DNA from: an uncultured Verrucomicrobiota bacterium
Lineage (GTDB): Bacteria > Verrucomicrobiota > Kiritimatiellia > PWTM01
DNA length: 64,000 bases
Direction of reading: 5' to 3'
Assembly (NCBI GenBank): GCA_964610105.1
Contig: CAZSUU010000011.1
Span: forward strand, 21,394-85,393
Both the position numbers and the translations under genes were made by a program. Positions within the stretch are counted from its first letter, which is position 1; the number at the start of each line of letters is the position of its first letter. This document shows, in pieces, positions 31,159 through 41,384 of the stretch. The notes beneath the pieces are model-generated. The model had not been told where the DNA came from. It saw only the letters and a program-made list of their open reading frames with translations, and did not search any database.

Positions 31159-31514
31159 GCCGCAGAGAAGCGGAGAGAAGTCCATGGGTGTGAATCATGT
31201 ATGCGCGATCGTCTCGCTGGCCCTGGCCGTCTCGGCGTCGGCCGGTCCGTTCCCGCCGCTCCGATCGCCCCTCGACACCAACGACGCCGCACGGGGGCGT
31301 TCAGGCACCTCCGACCGGGAGCGTCAATGAAGGACATCCCCAAGGCGTCAAGCCGCGACCCCATGGTCCTGGTCGCTCCACGCTCTCACTCCATTCCTTC
31401 CCTTCCCTCGTGCGATGGCGCCGCCTTTTCATTGCGTCTCCCGTGGAAGTGGGCTATCGCTTTGGTGCGTTTCATGCACGTGACCGAGATCTCCTTTGCG
31501 GGTTTGGGAAGAGG

Positions 31515-32672
31515 ATGACCGCGCCCCTCGATCCGAGGGCGGCGGGCCGCCGCGTTGCTCTTGTCGCCGCCACGCTGGCGGTGGCAGGGGCCGGGCTTTG
31601 CGCCGAGGCTGATCCTCGACCCTCACTTCGCGAGGCGGCCGGCGAGCGTTTCGCGATCGGCGTCGGCGTGAGCGACCGCATCCCGGAACGTCCGGAGGAT
31701 TGGCCGTTGCTCACGACCCAGTTCAACAGCGTGACACCGGAGAACTGCCTCAAGCCCGATCCGGTTCAGGCGGCGGAAGGACAGTTCAACTTCTCGCGCG
31801 GGGACGCGTTTGTTGACTTCGCCGCGTCGAACCGCCTGGACATCGTCGGCCACTGCCTGGTCTGGGCCAAGGATGATCGAACCCCACCCTGGTTCTTTCG
31901 CGACGGCACGAACACCGCCGGCCGCGAAGTCCTTCTCCGGCGGATGAAGACGCACATCGAGACGGTGGCCGGGCGCTATCGCGGGCGGATCGCCATGTGG
32001 GACGTGGTCAATGAGGCGCTGGACGACGGCACCAACTTCCTCCGCCCTTCGGGTTGGAGCGCGGCGTGCGGCGAGGAGTTCATCGTCAAGGCTTTCGAGT
32101 ATGCGCACGCCGTGGACCCGCGGGCACTGCTCATCTACAACGATTACAACAATGAGCTGCCCGACAAGCGCCCCAAGCTGATCCGGCTCGTGCGCGCGCT
32201 GCGCGAGAAGGGCGCGCCGATTCACGCGGTCGGCCTGCAGGGGCACTATGAAATCGACCGGCTGCCGTTGGCGGACATCGAAGCCACGCTCGTCGCCCTG
32301 CGCGAGATGAACGTGAAGGTGGTGTTCTCCGAGCTGGATATCGACGTCATCCCCCGCTCCCGCTGGTGGGCGGATGGCGGCCGGCATCGCGGCGAACTCG
32401 CGCAGCTCGACCCCTACCGCGACGGCTGCCCGCCGGAGGTTCTGCAACGGCAGGCCGAGTTGTACGCGCGGCTCTTCCGCCTTCTTGGCCGGCACGCGGA
32501 TGTCATCGCTCGCGTCACCTTCTGGAACCTGCACGACGGCCAGAGCTGGCTGAACGACTTTCCCTGGAGGCGGGTGAATCACCCGCTGCTGTTCGATCGT
32601 CTGGGAGAGCCGAAGCCCGCGTTCGAGGCGGTGATCGAGGCGCTGCTGGAAGGACCTGCGCCGCCGCGGTAG
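31515..32672 (+). CDS. GH10 endo-1,4-beta-xylanase
   Basis: TPENCLKP, WDVVNEAL, FSELDIDV, TFWNLHD classic GH10 motifs; signal peptide MTAPLDPRAAGRRVALVAATLAVAGA. Confidence 0.8.
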   Translation: MTAPLDPRAAGRRVALVAATLAVAGAGLCAEADPRPSLREAAGERFAIGVGVSDRIPERPEDWPLLTTQFNSVTPENCLKPDPVQAAEGQFNFSRGDAFVDFAASNRLDIVGHCLVWAKDDRTPPWFFRDGTNTAGREVLLRRMKTHIETVAGRYRGRIAMWDVVNEALDDGTNFLRPSGWSAACGEEFIVKAFEYAHAVDPRALLIYNDYNNELPDKRPKLIRLVRALREKGAPIHAVGLQGHYEIDRLPLADIEATLVALREMNVKVVFSELDIDVIPRSRWWADGGRHRGELAQLDPYRDGCPPEVLQRQAELYARLFRLLGRHADVIARVTFWNLHDGQSWLNDFPWRRVNHPLLFDRLGEPKPAFEAVIEALLEGPAPPR

Positions 32673-33067
32673 CAGGGGGGCGGAATCCGCCGATGGACAC
32701 CCGATGGGTATGATGGGGACAGGCACTCTGCCCCTGCCGGAGCGGATCTTCAGCGGCGCTGAAAGTAGTAGATGACGCCCTGCCGGCCACCGAGGGTGTA
32801 TCCAAGCAACACATCCAGTTTCCGCAAAGCAACGTTATCCAGCGACTCTTCGATCCGAGGCAGCACGTCTGCCATCTTCTTCTTCACGGCAGTTTCCCTT
32901 CGACATGAAGTTTCTCGGTGGCGCCGTTATGAAAGCGGGCCTTGATTGTGCCGTCCGCCCCCCCCGAGCCAAGCGTTCATGCCGTAGGCGGCAATCGGTC
33001 CGCCGATTTGCCGGAGAGTCCCCGGGCGGGAGCGCGGCCCGGGGATAGGGCTACAAGGCTCGATCAG

Positions 33068-36000
33068 TCAATTCTTGTCTCTGAGCAGCCGGATGCCGAA
33101 GCCCGATGGTTTTACGTGATGGCTGTCACCCAGGTATCTGGACCAGTTGTGGACACTGCTCAGCCATCCCCTATCTGAAGATTGAGGTGTGGAGCTCCAC
33201 ATGTAGCAGCTTCCCGTCAAATTGTGAAAGCTTCCATCGCACCAGCGGGCGCCGTTGGGGAGGCAGTTGAAACCGGTCTTGTTGTTCAATTCCGGACGCT
33301 CGCTGATGAGCAATTCCTTTTCCCAGACATTTCCTGATTTATCTGTGATCCGGTACTGCCAGCCAATTCTTCCCGCCACCGATTTGCCGAGCTTGTTTTC
33401 CTTTTCCTTTTCTTGATTGTAGTCGCCCTTCCATTCGGGGTATTGGGTTCCGTCAAAGTTATATCCATTGCGTACCAGGTACCGGCGAAAGGCCAGTTGT
33501 TCCTCAACCGAGGGCACATGCCAGCCTTTGGGCGCAATCCTCGGATGGCTGGCGGCCCACCAGTTGTACAGCAATCCGTTCTTTCCATTTTCGGGTTTGT
33601 TTTCGTTGTAGCACCATGCCGGGGACGAAAGAGCTTGCCATTCCTTGTCGTCAGTGACATTGGGAATGGGCGTGCCGTCGCTGTACTTGGTGGTTTTGAG
33701 ACCTGTGGTGGTCCACACGAAGTCGCCGATCTTCACCGTCTGGTAGACATTCCCGTCGGCATCCGTGACGGTACCCGCGCAGTCGATCATCTCGATGGCG
33801 ATTTCGCCGGTGTCCTGACCGGGCACATGGATCTGATAGTCAAGATAGCCCTCTTTGGTGACCGTGATCACATCCCTGCGATAGTCAATGTAGCCCTTGT
33901 CGGTGACCGTCTGGGCTACCGGCGCAAGACCGACCAGAACCATGCTGAAATTCCCGTTTGCATCCGTCGTCGTGGATTGGCCGGTGCTTTCCACCTTCAC
34001 ACAGGCTCCAGCCAGGCCGGCCCCGGATGAGTCCTTCACTGTTCCGCGGATGCTTGAGGCCTGCGCAGATTCATCCGCGTCACGCAGCAGCCGGATGCAG
34101 AACCCCGATCGGTCGTGATGCTGGTTGTTGCCGTATTTGGCGAACCGGCTGTGAATGCTGCTCATGTGCGAGCCTTCACCCTCACCCTTGGTCGTGCTCC
34201 ACCAGTAAACGCTCTTGCCCATCGCATGGAAACTTCCGTCGTTCCAGCGGCTGCCGGCAGGCAGCGCCGTAAAACCGGCGCGGTTGTTGTTGGTCAGGTC
34301 GTGGCCGGCGTTGCCAGGAGTCGGATCGGAATCCCAGTCGGTCTTGGCCGTCATCGCTTTGGCGACCTTGTTGCCTTCTTTGGTTCCGTCGTGGTTGTAT
34401 CCGTTGGCAATCAGGTAGTCCCGCAGCGCCATTTGTTCCTCATGCGTCGGCACCTTCCACCGCTTGGGAGCGATTCTGTCGGAACTGGCGGCCCACCAGT
34501 TATAGAGTGCTCCGTATTTCTCTCCATTGGCGGGTCTATTTTCGTAATAGCAGAAGCCCGGACTGGCCAGCGCTTTCCATTCGGCGTCACCGGTCACATG
34601 AGGAATCGGCGTGCCGTCATTGTATTTTGTTGTCCTGAGGTTTTCGACGGTCCACACCTGATTGCCAATCTTCACTGTGTGATAGATGTTCCCATCGGCA
34701 TCCTGCACGGTTTCCGCAGAGGTGGCGCGACCGGTTGCGTCCGGGTCCTCCGCAGCGAGGTTGAGCGTCGTTGCGTTGAAGAACTCGATGCACTGGGCGA
34801 GTTTGGGCGTGGATTCAAACCAGTCGTGCGAGTATTCCAGACCGATCATCGTGGGCTTGATGCCCTGGCGGTGCAGCTCGCGGAAGAACTCCTCGGATTT
34901 GCCAATGCCCGTTCCCCACGGCACGTCGTGGCCGTTGCGGCCCGGTTCGTGCAGGTCGTGCATCTGCACGGTGATCACGCGGTCCCTCAGCACGCGCACG
35001 GCGTCGATCGGATCGATGCCCGAGCGCAGCCAGTAACCGAGGTCGGGTGCGGCGCCGATCCGCTTGCTCCGGCCCTCGCAAGCTTTGAGCACACCTTCGG
35101 GACGCCAGTAAAGCGGGGAGATGTCCTTGCCGTGATTGTGAATGGCCACGTTGATGCCGTATTCGTTTGCGAATGTGTCGAGCAGATCGAGGTGCTCCGG
35201 TTTGGGCTCACAGATGAAGGTTTCGAAGCCCATCTTGCGTCCGAACTCAAATAGCCTGCGACACCCGGCGTCGTCCGTGGGAATGTCCTGCGCGTAGTAG
35301 GTCAGCATCCGCACGCCGCCGGATTCCATTTTGAACCGGATCTGGCGCAACTCGTCGTCCGTGAGGTTCTGATCGAAGTTCTTCGGGATGTCCTTGCTGA
35401 CCGGCTGCAGGAAGCTCAGTCCGCCGATGTAAGGCAGGCCAAGCTCGGCGGTCTTCTCGATGGTCTCAAAGAAGGTGAACTTGTGAAACGTGTAGGCCTC
35501 CACGCCGAGCCTCCAACCAAGCTTCTCCTGCGCGAGGATGGCCGGCGAGAGCTTGGCGCTCGGTGTGGTGGGCGCAGGCAGGTCGCCGAGAACGAACTGG
35601 GACGCGTCGAGGTAGAACTGGAGCATCTTCGGATTCCAGAAGACCTGCGGGTTGTGCCCCATCGTTGCGTAGAAAACCCGCCCGCGGCCGTAGGTGCGCA
35701 CCCAGGCGAGCGCATAGTCCTTGTCCGGCCGCAGGACGGGATCGCCCGGCTTGATGCCCGACAGATCGGTCTTCACCGTATCCATGCTCAGCAGCACGCG
35801 AACGCGCTGGCGGGAGTAGGGTTCGTGAAATCGGAAGAACTCCTCGGTCATCTCGAAACCCTCGCCGGCAAACGCCCGGTTGAGGGGATGATCCGCGTCG
35901 TCAATCTTGATCCAGGCCCGTTCGTTGGCGTCTCGGTGAAATGCGCCGCGCGTCCCGATCATGTGACCGAACTCCGGCCAATCTTCAACCGGCGGCCATT

Positions 36001-36430
36001 GCCAGTTCATGAAGGCGATGGACGTTCCATGGACGCCCATGAGTCCTCCCCCGCCGGTGACGAACTCCAGGAGATTCCGCCGCAGGTCGGCGTTGGTGAA
36101 GCAATTGCCGATGGTGTTGTTGAGGAACACGGCGTCGAATTCGCGGAGCGCTTCGCGCTGGAAGACGGCCGGATCCGCGCTGACCGTGGCGCTAAACGCC
36201 CCCGTTCTCTCCCCCATCCGGGTGAAGGCTTCGTTGGCGTGCGCGATGGACTTATGCCCGCCATAGCCCACGTTGCGCGTGAAGATCAGCAGGCGGCGCG
36301 GCCGGGCGGGCTGGACGGTCGCCTTCTCCGGCACGGCGTGTTCGATGAGTTCGCGCTCCGCGGCGTCTTGGACCAAGGGCGCCGCCGCGTTCGCCGGCGG
36401 GCTGAGCATCGTCGCAAGGGCCAGGATCAT
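33068..36430 (-). CDS. multidomain fusion: ThuA-like domain + xylose-isomerase-like TIM barrel + CarbopepD_reg-like + two FISUMP (Fibrobacter succinogenes major paralogous, TIGR02145-like) domains
   Basis: ThuA (LLIFTRNVGYGGHKS, GGGLMGVHGTSIAF), TIM barrel (LGVEAYTFHKF, GFETFICEP, INVAIHNHG), two FISUMP repeats (DADGNIYHTVKIGNQVWTVENL..YNDGTPI..GALYNWWAA..GFCIRLLRD; DADGNVYQTVKIGDFVWTTTGL..GLLYNWWAA..GFGIRLLRD). The 3' third of the gene is ~47-55% GC vs ~68% elsewhere. Start MILALATMLSPPANA signal, residue 23 of ORF 33068..36496. Confidence 0.8.
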   Translation of the reverse strand: MILALATMLSPPANAAAPLVQDAAERELIEHAVPEKATVQPARPRRLLIFTRNVGYGGHKSIAHANEAFTRMGERTGAFSATVSADPAVFQREALREFDAVFLNNTIGNCFTNADLRRNLLEFVTGGGGLMGVHGTSIAFMNWQWPPVEDWPEFGHMIGTRGAFHRDANERAWIKIDDADHPLNRAFAGEGFEMTEEFFRFHEPYSRQRVRVLLSMDTVKTDLSGIKPGDPVLRPDKDYALAWVRTYGRGRVFYATMGHNPQVFWNPKMLQFYLDASQFVLGDLPAPTTPSAKLSPAILAQEKLGWRLGVEAYTFHKFTFFETIEKTAELGLPYIGGLSFLQPVSKDIPKNFDQNLTDDELRQIRFKMESGGVRMLTYYAQDIPTDDAGCRRLFEFGRKMGFETFICEPKPEHLDLLDTFANEYGINVAIHNHGKDISPLYWRPEGVLKACEGRSKRIGAAPDLGYWLRSGIDPIDAVRVLRDRVITVQMHDLHEPGRNGHDVPWGTGIGKSEEFFRELHRQGIKPTMIGLEYSHDWFESTPKLAQCIEFFNATTLNLAAEDPDATGRATSAETVQDADGNIYHTVKIGNQVWTVENLRTTKYNDGTPIPHVTGDAEWKALASPGFCYYENRPANGEKYGALYNWWAASSDRIAPKRWKVPTHEEQMALRDYLIANGYNHDGTKEGNKVAKAMTAKTDWDSDPTPGNAGHDLTNNNRAGFTALPAGSRWNDGSFHAMGKSVYWWSTTKGEGEGSHMSSIHSRFAKYGNNQHHDRSGFCIRLLRDADESAQASSIRGTVKDSSGAGLAGACVKVESTGQSTTTDANGNFSMVLVGLAPVAQTVTDKGYIDYRRDVITVTKEGYLDYQIHVPGQDTGEIAIEMIDCAGTVTDADGNVYQTVKIGDFVWTTTGLKTTKYSDGTPIPNVTDDKEWQALSSPAWCYNENKPENGKNGLLYNWWAASHPRIAPKGWHVPSVEEQLAFRRYLVRNGYNFDGTQYPEWKGDYNQEKEKENKLGKSVAGRIGWQYRITDKSGNVWEKELLISERPELNNKTGFNCLPNGARWCDGSFHNLTGSCYMWSSTPQSSDRGWLSSVHNWSRYLGDSHHVKPSGFGIRLLRDKN

Positions 36431-36514
36431 CCTATCCCACGATGGTCTCCGGCGATGGCTCCGGGGGTCCGCGTGTCGTTCGTTCATGTCGCGCATGTGT
36501 TTCTCCTTCGCGTG

Positions 36515-39022
36515 CTACCGCGGCCGGAAGCGGTATGTGTGCCCCGCGACTGCCGCGAACACCAGGCATTCTCCGTTCGTGCTGTCGGCTCGAACCGCCA
36601 CGGGATCGGAGCTTCGGGTCTCGCGTACCACGACCTCGCGGCCCGGCCAGGGATTCATGATGCGGCAGACGTGGTCCCGCCGCGGCCGCACTTCGAGGAA
36701 ATAGACTCCTTGGGCATTCCTCGCGGCGGAAACGAGGAAGCCGCCGCGGGCCTGGAAGTTGTGGAATGCCATTTCGGTGTCGGGCGGGACCGCCGGAAAC
36801 AGGTGCATTCGCCCGCTGCGGCTGTTGAGCAGGGCTTCGGCGTCGAAGCCGTCCCACTTCGACTGAGCAGGGACGCCCAAGAGGATCAGTGTTTGCGGCG
36901 TGGTTCCCGCTGATTCCAGCTTCCGCGCCGTGCGGAGCATCATCTCCCTCTGCTCCTTCGGGGAATCCAGATTGACTTCGTCGGCCAGGATCGTCAGGTA
37001 CTCCACCGCCTCGCCAAAGTGATCGCCGGGAACATTCTTCGGCTCCACGCCTTGGATCGCGCAATACACCGGCCCGTCGGCAGTTTCCAAGGTAGGATAG
37101 GGGGCCAGGTGGTCGGCGACTTCGCGCCACCTGCCGCGCAGGTCCGCATCCACGCCGAGAATCTCCGACGCCTCGGCCGTACGGCTCAACGCCCAGCGGA
37201 ACATGCACAGCGAGCTGATCACGTCCTTGTTGCGCGCGAATTCCGCGTAATAGCCCCACTTCTCTGGCTCCATGGATGGGATGATGTGGTAGCAGCCGTC
37301 GTCACCCTTCTTCGCGTAGGCCGCGTAGAAGAGGGCCATCTCGCGCATGAGCGGGTAGCACTCCTTGCGCAGGAACTCGATGTCGCCGCCGTAGTCCCAC
37401 TCGTCCCAGACCGGCTTGACGGTCTGGGCCATCGTATCGAGGCACAATTCGAGCGTGAGGGTCGTGTGAACGTACTTGTCTGGCTTGATCGGCGGCTGGT
37501 AGCCGTGGACCAGGCACATGCCGGGCATGCCGAACATGTTCTTCGCGTTGTCCCGCGCGCCCGGCCGCCAGTGCCACACGAGTTGCTTCCACATGTCCTG
37601 GTGGTCGGCCCAGTTGCGGACGAAGTACTTGCTGGTGAAGATCTCGTTGTAGCACGGAGCGCTGCTCCAGAGCTGCGCGTCCCGCTCCGGTGGCACGTAG
37701 GAGGCGCTGCACTCGTACTGGCGCATGTCGGTCTTGGTGCCGCCGCCATGCCCGTCGGCGCAGCTGCGGTAGATGCTCAGAATATCCTCCGTGCACTGCG
37801 TGCCGGTCACACCTTTGAACACGCGACCATTCTCCCGCTTGTCATAGAACGCATTCCACCACGCGGTGTTCTCCCTGACCACGCCGTCGAAGCCGGCGGC
37901 CTCGGCGGCGGCCAGGCGCTCCCTGGCCAGGGCAATCACGTCCGTGCCGTCCATTGTCGTGACAATGGTGACCAACGCCTCCAGCTTCCCGTCGCCCGCC
38001 GGCGTGAAGGTCGCCGTAGCGGCGGCGCCCGGCGCCGCGGCAATGTGTTTGTCCGGCGGCGGCGTGCCAAGCCCCGTCTCGCCTTCCACCGTCTTCACGT
38101 CCACTTGGCCCGGCGTGATGACCACGCCCATCAGCACGTATTCGAAGCCCTGCGGGAACGTCTTCTCCGGTGGCATCTGCTGGCGAATCCAGAAATACCG
38201 CCCGTCCTTGCCGCTGGTCGGCGGATCCATCGGATAGTTGAACGCGTGGTCCGCTTCGGTTCCTTTCTTCGTGTACGTCTTGCCGTCTTCGCTCATGTAT
38301 CTCAGGTGGGCCGTGTCGCGGTGACGATAGAGCCGCAGCCAGAGCGGGGTGTGAATGCCTGAGAACTTGCCGCGGACGGCGTAGAGGTTACTCGTCATCC
38401 CCAGCACGTATTCCAAGCTGGCCTTGGCGTCGCCCTTGGTCACCTGCAGTCTGGTCACGCCATTGGCGCAGCTCTGGGTGGCGTCCGGCGCGGCGGCGCC
38501 GGCCAGCGGGTCCATTCCCACGATAATCTGGCCGACGGGTTTCAGACACGGCATCGAGTATTCGATGGGTTGCCGATAGGGATCGTAAAAGCCGCCTTCC
38601 TTGCGCAGGTAGCCGTACCCCCGGGGACGCTGGCAATCGTGGGCCTTGCCTTCAAAACCCTTGTTGGCCGGGGAGAAAGCGCCGTCCGTGATCTCCTGCA
38701 AGGTCGGGGCGGTCAGACCCCGCGAGTTGACCCGCCGGTCCCAGACGTTGTTCTTGGTCAGGCTGATGGTGATCCGGTCCGGCGGCCCCCAGAGCGTGGT
38801 GCGCATCTTGAGGCTGCAAATGGTCATCGCGCTGCCATGGGGATAGCTGTTCCAGTTCGGCTGGGGATCCCCGGGCTCGAGCCTGTTTCCGAAGGAGACG
38901 GATTGGGCCGCCTCTCGCAGCGGGATTTCCCGCTCCCACGGAAGCGGTTGGGCCGCCAAGGCCGAAAGTGAAATCCCGAGGAGCAGGATTGCCGGGAACG
39001 CCAGTTCGTTGGGGCGTTTCAT
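36515..39022 (-). CDS. secreted GH95/DUF5703-like (six-hairpin) glycoside-hydrolase-family protein, paralog 1
   Basis: Signal peptide MKRPNELAFPAILLLGISLSALAA; shares LTKNxxWD and six-hairpin-like C-terminal region with 53651..55966; family assignment tentative. Confidence 0.65.
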   Translation of the reverse strand: MKRPNELAFPAILLLGISLSALAAQPLPWEREIPLREAAQSVSFGNRLEPGDPQPNWNSYPHGSAMTICSLKMRTTLWGPPDRITISLTKNNVWDRRVNSRGLTAPTLQEITDGAFSPANKGFEGKAHDCQRPRGYGYLRKEGGFYDPYRQPIEYSMPCLKPVGQIIVGMDPLAGAAAPDATQSCANGVTRLQVTKGDAKASLEYVLGMTSNLYAVRGKFSGIHTPLWLRLYRHRDTAHLRYMSEDGKTYTKKGTEADHAFNYPMDPPTSGKDGRYFWIRQQMPPEKTFPQGFEYVLMGVVITPGQVDVKTVEGETGLGTPPPDKHIAAAPGAAATATFTPAGDGKLEALVTIVTTMDGTDVIALARERLAAAEAAGFDGVVRENTAWWNAFYDKRENGRVFKGVTGTQCTEDILSIYRSCADGHGGGTKTDMRQYECSASYVPPERDAQLWSSAPCYNEIFTSKYFVRNWADHQDMWKQLVWHWRPGARDNAKNMFGMPGMCLVHGYQPPIKPDKYVHTTLTLELCLDTMAQTVKPVWDEWDYGGDIEFLRKECYPLMREMALFYAAYAKKGDDGCYHIIPSMEPEKWGYYAEFARNKDVISSLCMFRWALSRTAEASEILGVDADLRGRWREVADHLAPYPTLETADGPVYCAIQGVEPKNVPGDHFGEAVEYLTILADEVNLDSPKEQREMMLRTARKLESAGTTPQTLILLGVPAQSKWDGFDAEALLNSRSGRMHLFPAVPPDTEMAFHNFQARGGFLVSAARNAQGVYFLEVRPRRDHVCRIMNPWPGREVVVRETRSSDPVAVRADSTNGECLVFAAVAGHTYRFRPR

Positions 39023-39224
39023 AAGACCTCCATCGCGTCGTTCATTGCGCCCTTGAGTCCGCAGCCCGCCAGCGGTCGAACACCGCCCGCACCTCGGCCA
39101 CCTGTATTGCCACGTGGACATATTCGTGCCTGCCGGCGTGAAACTCGGCGCTGTGCCTTCGTGTTCGTCTCCATATTGGATGAGGGCCAGACCATGCCGA
39201 CACGTGGGGAAGGTGTGTGCCGGG

Positions 39225-40196
39225 CTACTCCATACCGGCCATCGATCCGGCCAGAAGCCGACGGGCCTGCTCCTCGGCGAAGGCGATGTTCTTGGCCATG
39301 TCCTCCTGCAGGGCCGGAGTGTCGTGCTCGAAATCGATGGCGATCACCCCCTTGTAGCCCTGGCGCTTGAGTTCCTTGAGCGTGTTGGCGCAATCGGCCT
39401 GACCTTCGCCGATGACCGTGTTGCGCGAGTCGAGATCGCCCTTCTTGAGCACGTCCTTGAGGTGGAAGCAGAGGATCCGGCCTTCGAGCTTCCGCAGGCA
39501 GTGCACCGGGTCCAGGTCCGAACGCGCCCATTGCCCGACATCGGCGCACGAGCCGATGAGCCCGCTCCGGTTGGCGCAGACGCCCAGCACGATTTCCGGA
39601 CTCCAATACTCCGATCTGGTCCTTTGATGATTGTGGAGCGCCAGCATCATTCCGTACTCCGCGCAGAGCTTCTCGATCAGGTCGTGCGACCCGGCGGGCG
39701 GCTCCGCGACGATGACGTCCGTGCCAAAGCCCTTCCAGAACTCGAAGAGCCGCTTCGCCTGGTCCGGCTTGCCGTTGAAATCGGCGAACACACTGGGGAT
39801 GGACAGGCCGAGGTCGGCGATCCTCGCCTTGAACTCCTTGCGCGCGCCGTCCGGCATGCCTTCGTTCGCATTCTGGCCCGGCCACTTGGGGCCGAGCTTG
39901 AGATTGGATCGCACTTCGAAATGACGAAGCCCGACCGCGGCCGCCTTCTCCAGCGCTTCGAATGCGGAGAAGCGCCGGTACGTGTAGTGCTGGACGCTGA
40001 GCTTCCAGCCGAGTTTCGCGGCAGCGGGCTGGCCGGGACGCGACGCATCGGCGTGCGCGGAAATCCGCGAATCCAGGATCAGGCCCAGCGCCAGGGCGCC
40101 GCCCCGGCCAAGGAAGTCCCGACGGTTCCATTTCGGAGCGCTTCGGCGGTCCAGGTCCGCTGCATCGTTCACCCGCTTTGCCCATGGCGCCTTCAT
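39225..40196 (-). CDS. TAT-secreted sugar phosphate isomerase/epimerase (xylose-isomerase-like TIM barrel)
   Basis: RRDFLGRGGALALG TAT signal; AP-endonuclease-2/xylose-isomerase-like barrel motifs (LALHNHQ, IDFEHD). Confidence 0.75.
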   Translation of the reverse strand: MKAPWAKRVNDAADLDRRSAPKWNRRDFLGRGGALALGLILDSRISAHADASRPGQPAAAKLGWKLSVQHYTYRRFSAFEALEKAAAVGLRHFEVRSNLKLGPKWPGQNANEGMPDGARKEFKARIADLGLSIPSVFADFNGKPDQAKRLFEFWKGFGTDVIVAEPPAGSHDLIEKLCAEYGMMLALHNHQRTRSEYWSPEIVLGVCANRSGLIGSCADVGQWARSDLDPVHCLRKLEGRILCFHLKDVLKKGDLDSRNTVIGEGQADCANTLKELKRQGYKGVIAIDFEHDTPALQEDMAKNIAFAEEQARRLLAGSMAGME

Positions 40197-40403
40197 GGTG
40201 TATTCCTCGTGACGTGCGAATATGCGCGCAGACTACGCCCCGTTCCGGATTCCCCGCAATCGAACAGCGGCATTGCCGAAAAACGATGTTCCAGGCCGGC
40301 CTGGCTCCGTGATCCGTCCCTGTCCGCCGAGCGATCCGCATGGCGACGGCCCAGCGGTCGTCGCGGTTGTTCCGCCTGCCTGCATCTGGTAGCGTGGAGG
40401 TCC

Positions 40404-41345
40404 ATGATGGAACGCGATACCGCTTCGATGGCCGGCGACCCCGTGTGGTGGACGGAGCCCCTGCGGCGGCGGGAGACCTACGAGGGACCGACCAGCCTCC
40501 TCGGCGAGGCGCCCCTCGTCGGCCGCCTTGATCTCCGCGAAACGGTGCGACACGCGCTGCCCGCCCATCGTCATGCCGGCGCGTACGAAGTTCACTTCGT
40601 GCACTCGGGAAGCCTGGAGATGTGGATCGGCGCTCCCGAACTCGCACATACCGTCCGGGGCGGGATGGCCATCCTCACGCGCCCGGGACAACTTCACGGC
40701 GGCGTGCGGGATCTGCTCAACCCGGCGCGTTTCTCCTGGGTGCAGATCCGTGTCCCCATGCGCCCGGATCGACCGCTGCCGGGACTATCGGCCCCACAGA
40801 CGCGCGCCCTGCTCAAGTCGTTGGCGGTCGTCATGCCGCCGGTCTTCAAGTATTCCCCGGTCGCGGAGAGCTGTCTCGAGCGGTTCTTTCAGGAGCACCG
40901 ACGGCGACGGCCGGACAGCGAGGTCATGGCCCGGTCCGTCCTTCACGAACTGATCGCCCTGCTGGGCCGGGAGTATGGGGCGGGGCCGGCTTCGCCGCGA
41001 TTCGACGAGGACAGGCTGTCGCCGCCAATACGAAGAGCCCTGCGCTGGATCCATGCCAATCTGGGCGAGGAGGCGGGCGCCGCCCGAATGGCCCAGGTCG
41101 CCGGCATGAGCGACAGGCATTTCCGCGGCCGGTTCCATGCCGAAATGGGCTTCACCCCCGCGGACTACCTGACGCGCCGGCGCGTCGAACAGGCCCGCGA
41201 ATGGCTCCGCGACACCCGTCGTTCCGTCACGGACATCGCGCTCGAACTGGGATTCAGTACGCCGGCCTACTTCGCGGCCGTCTTCCGCAAACACACCGGG
41301 CAGACGCCCCGGCAATGCCGAGCCCTCGGAATGGGTGTCGGGTAG
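40404..41345 (+). CDS. AraC family transcriptional regulator (cupin N-domain + HTH)
   Basis: C-terminal AraC HTH (IALELGFSTPAYFAAVFRKHTGQTPRQ); start MMERDTAS within the spurious 743-aa ORF 39114..41345. Confidence 0.85.
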   Translation: MMERDTASMAGDPVWWTEPLRRRETYEGPTSLLGEAPLVGRLDLRETVRHALPAHRHAGAYEVHFVHSGSLEMWIGAPELAHTVRGGMAILTRPGQLHGGVRDLLNPARFSWVQIRVPMRPDRPLPGLSAPQTRALLKSLAVVMPPVFKYSPVAESCLERFFQEHRRRRPDSEVMARSVLHELIALLGREYGAGPASPRFDEDRLSPPIRRALRWIHANLGEEAGAARMAQVAGMSDRHFRGRFHAEMGFTPADYLTRRRVEQAREWLRDTRRSVTDIALELGFSTPAYFAAVFRKHTGQTPRQCRALGMGVG

Positions 41346-41384
41346 CCTCAAAACGCAGGGGGATGAAAAGAAGGACTCGACGTC

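Noticed and set aside
39114-41345. 743-aa plus-strand ORF.
   Set aside because: Only the C-terminal 313 aa (from MMERD at 40404) form the AraC regulator. The N-terminal part is antisense to the sugar-phosphate isomerase gene and is non-protein-like.
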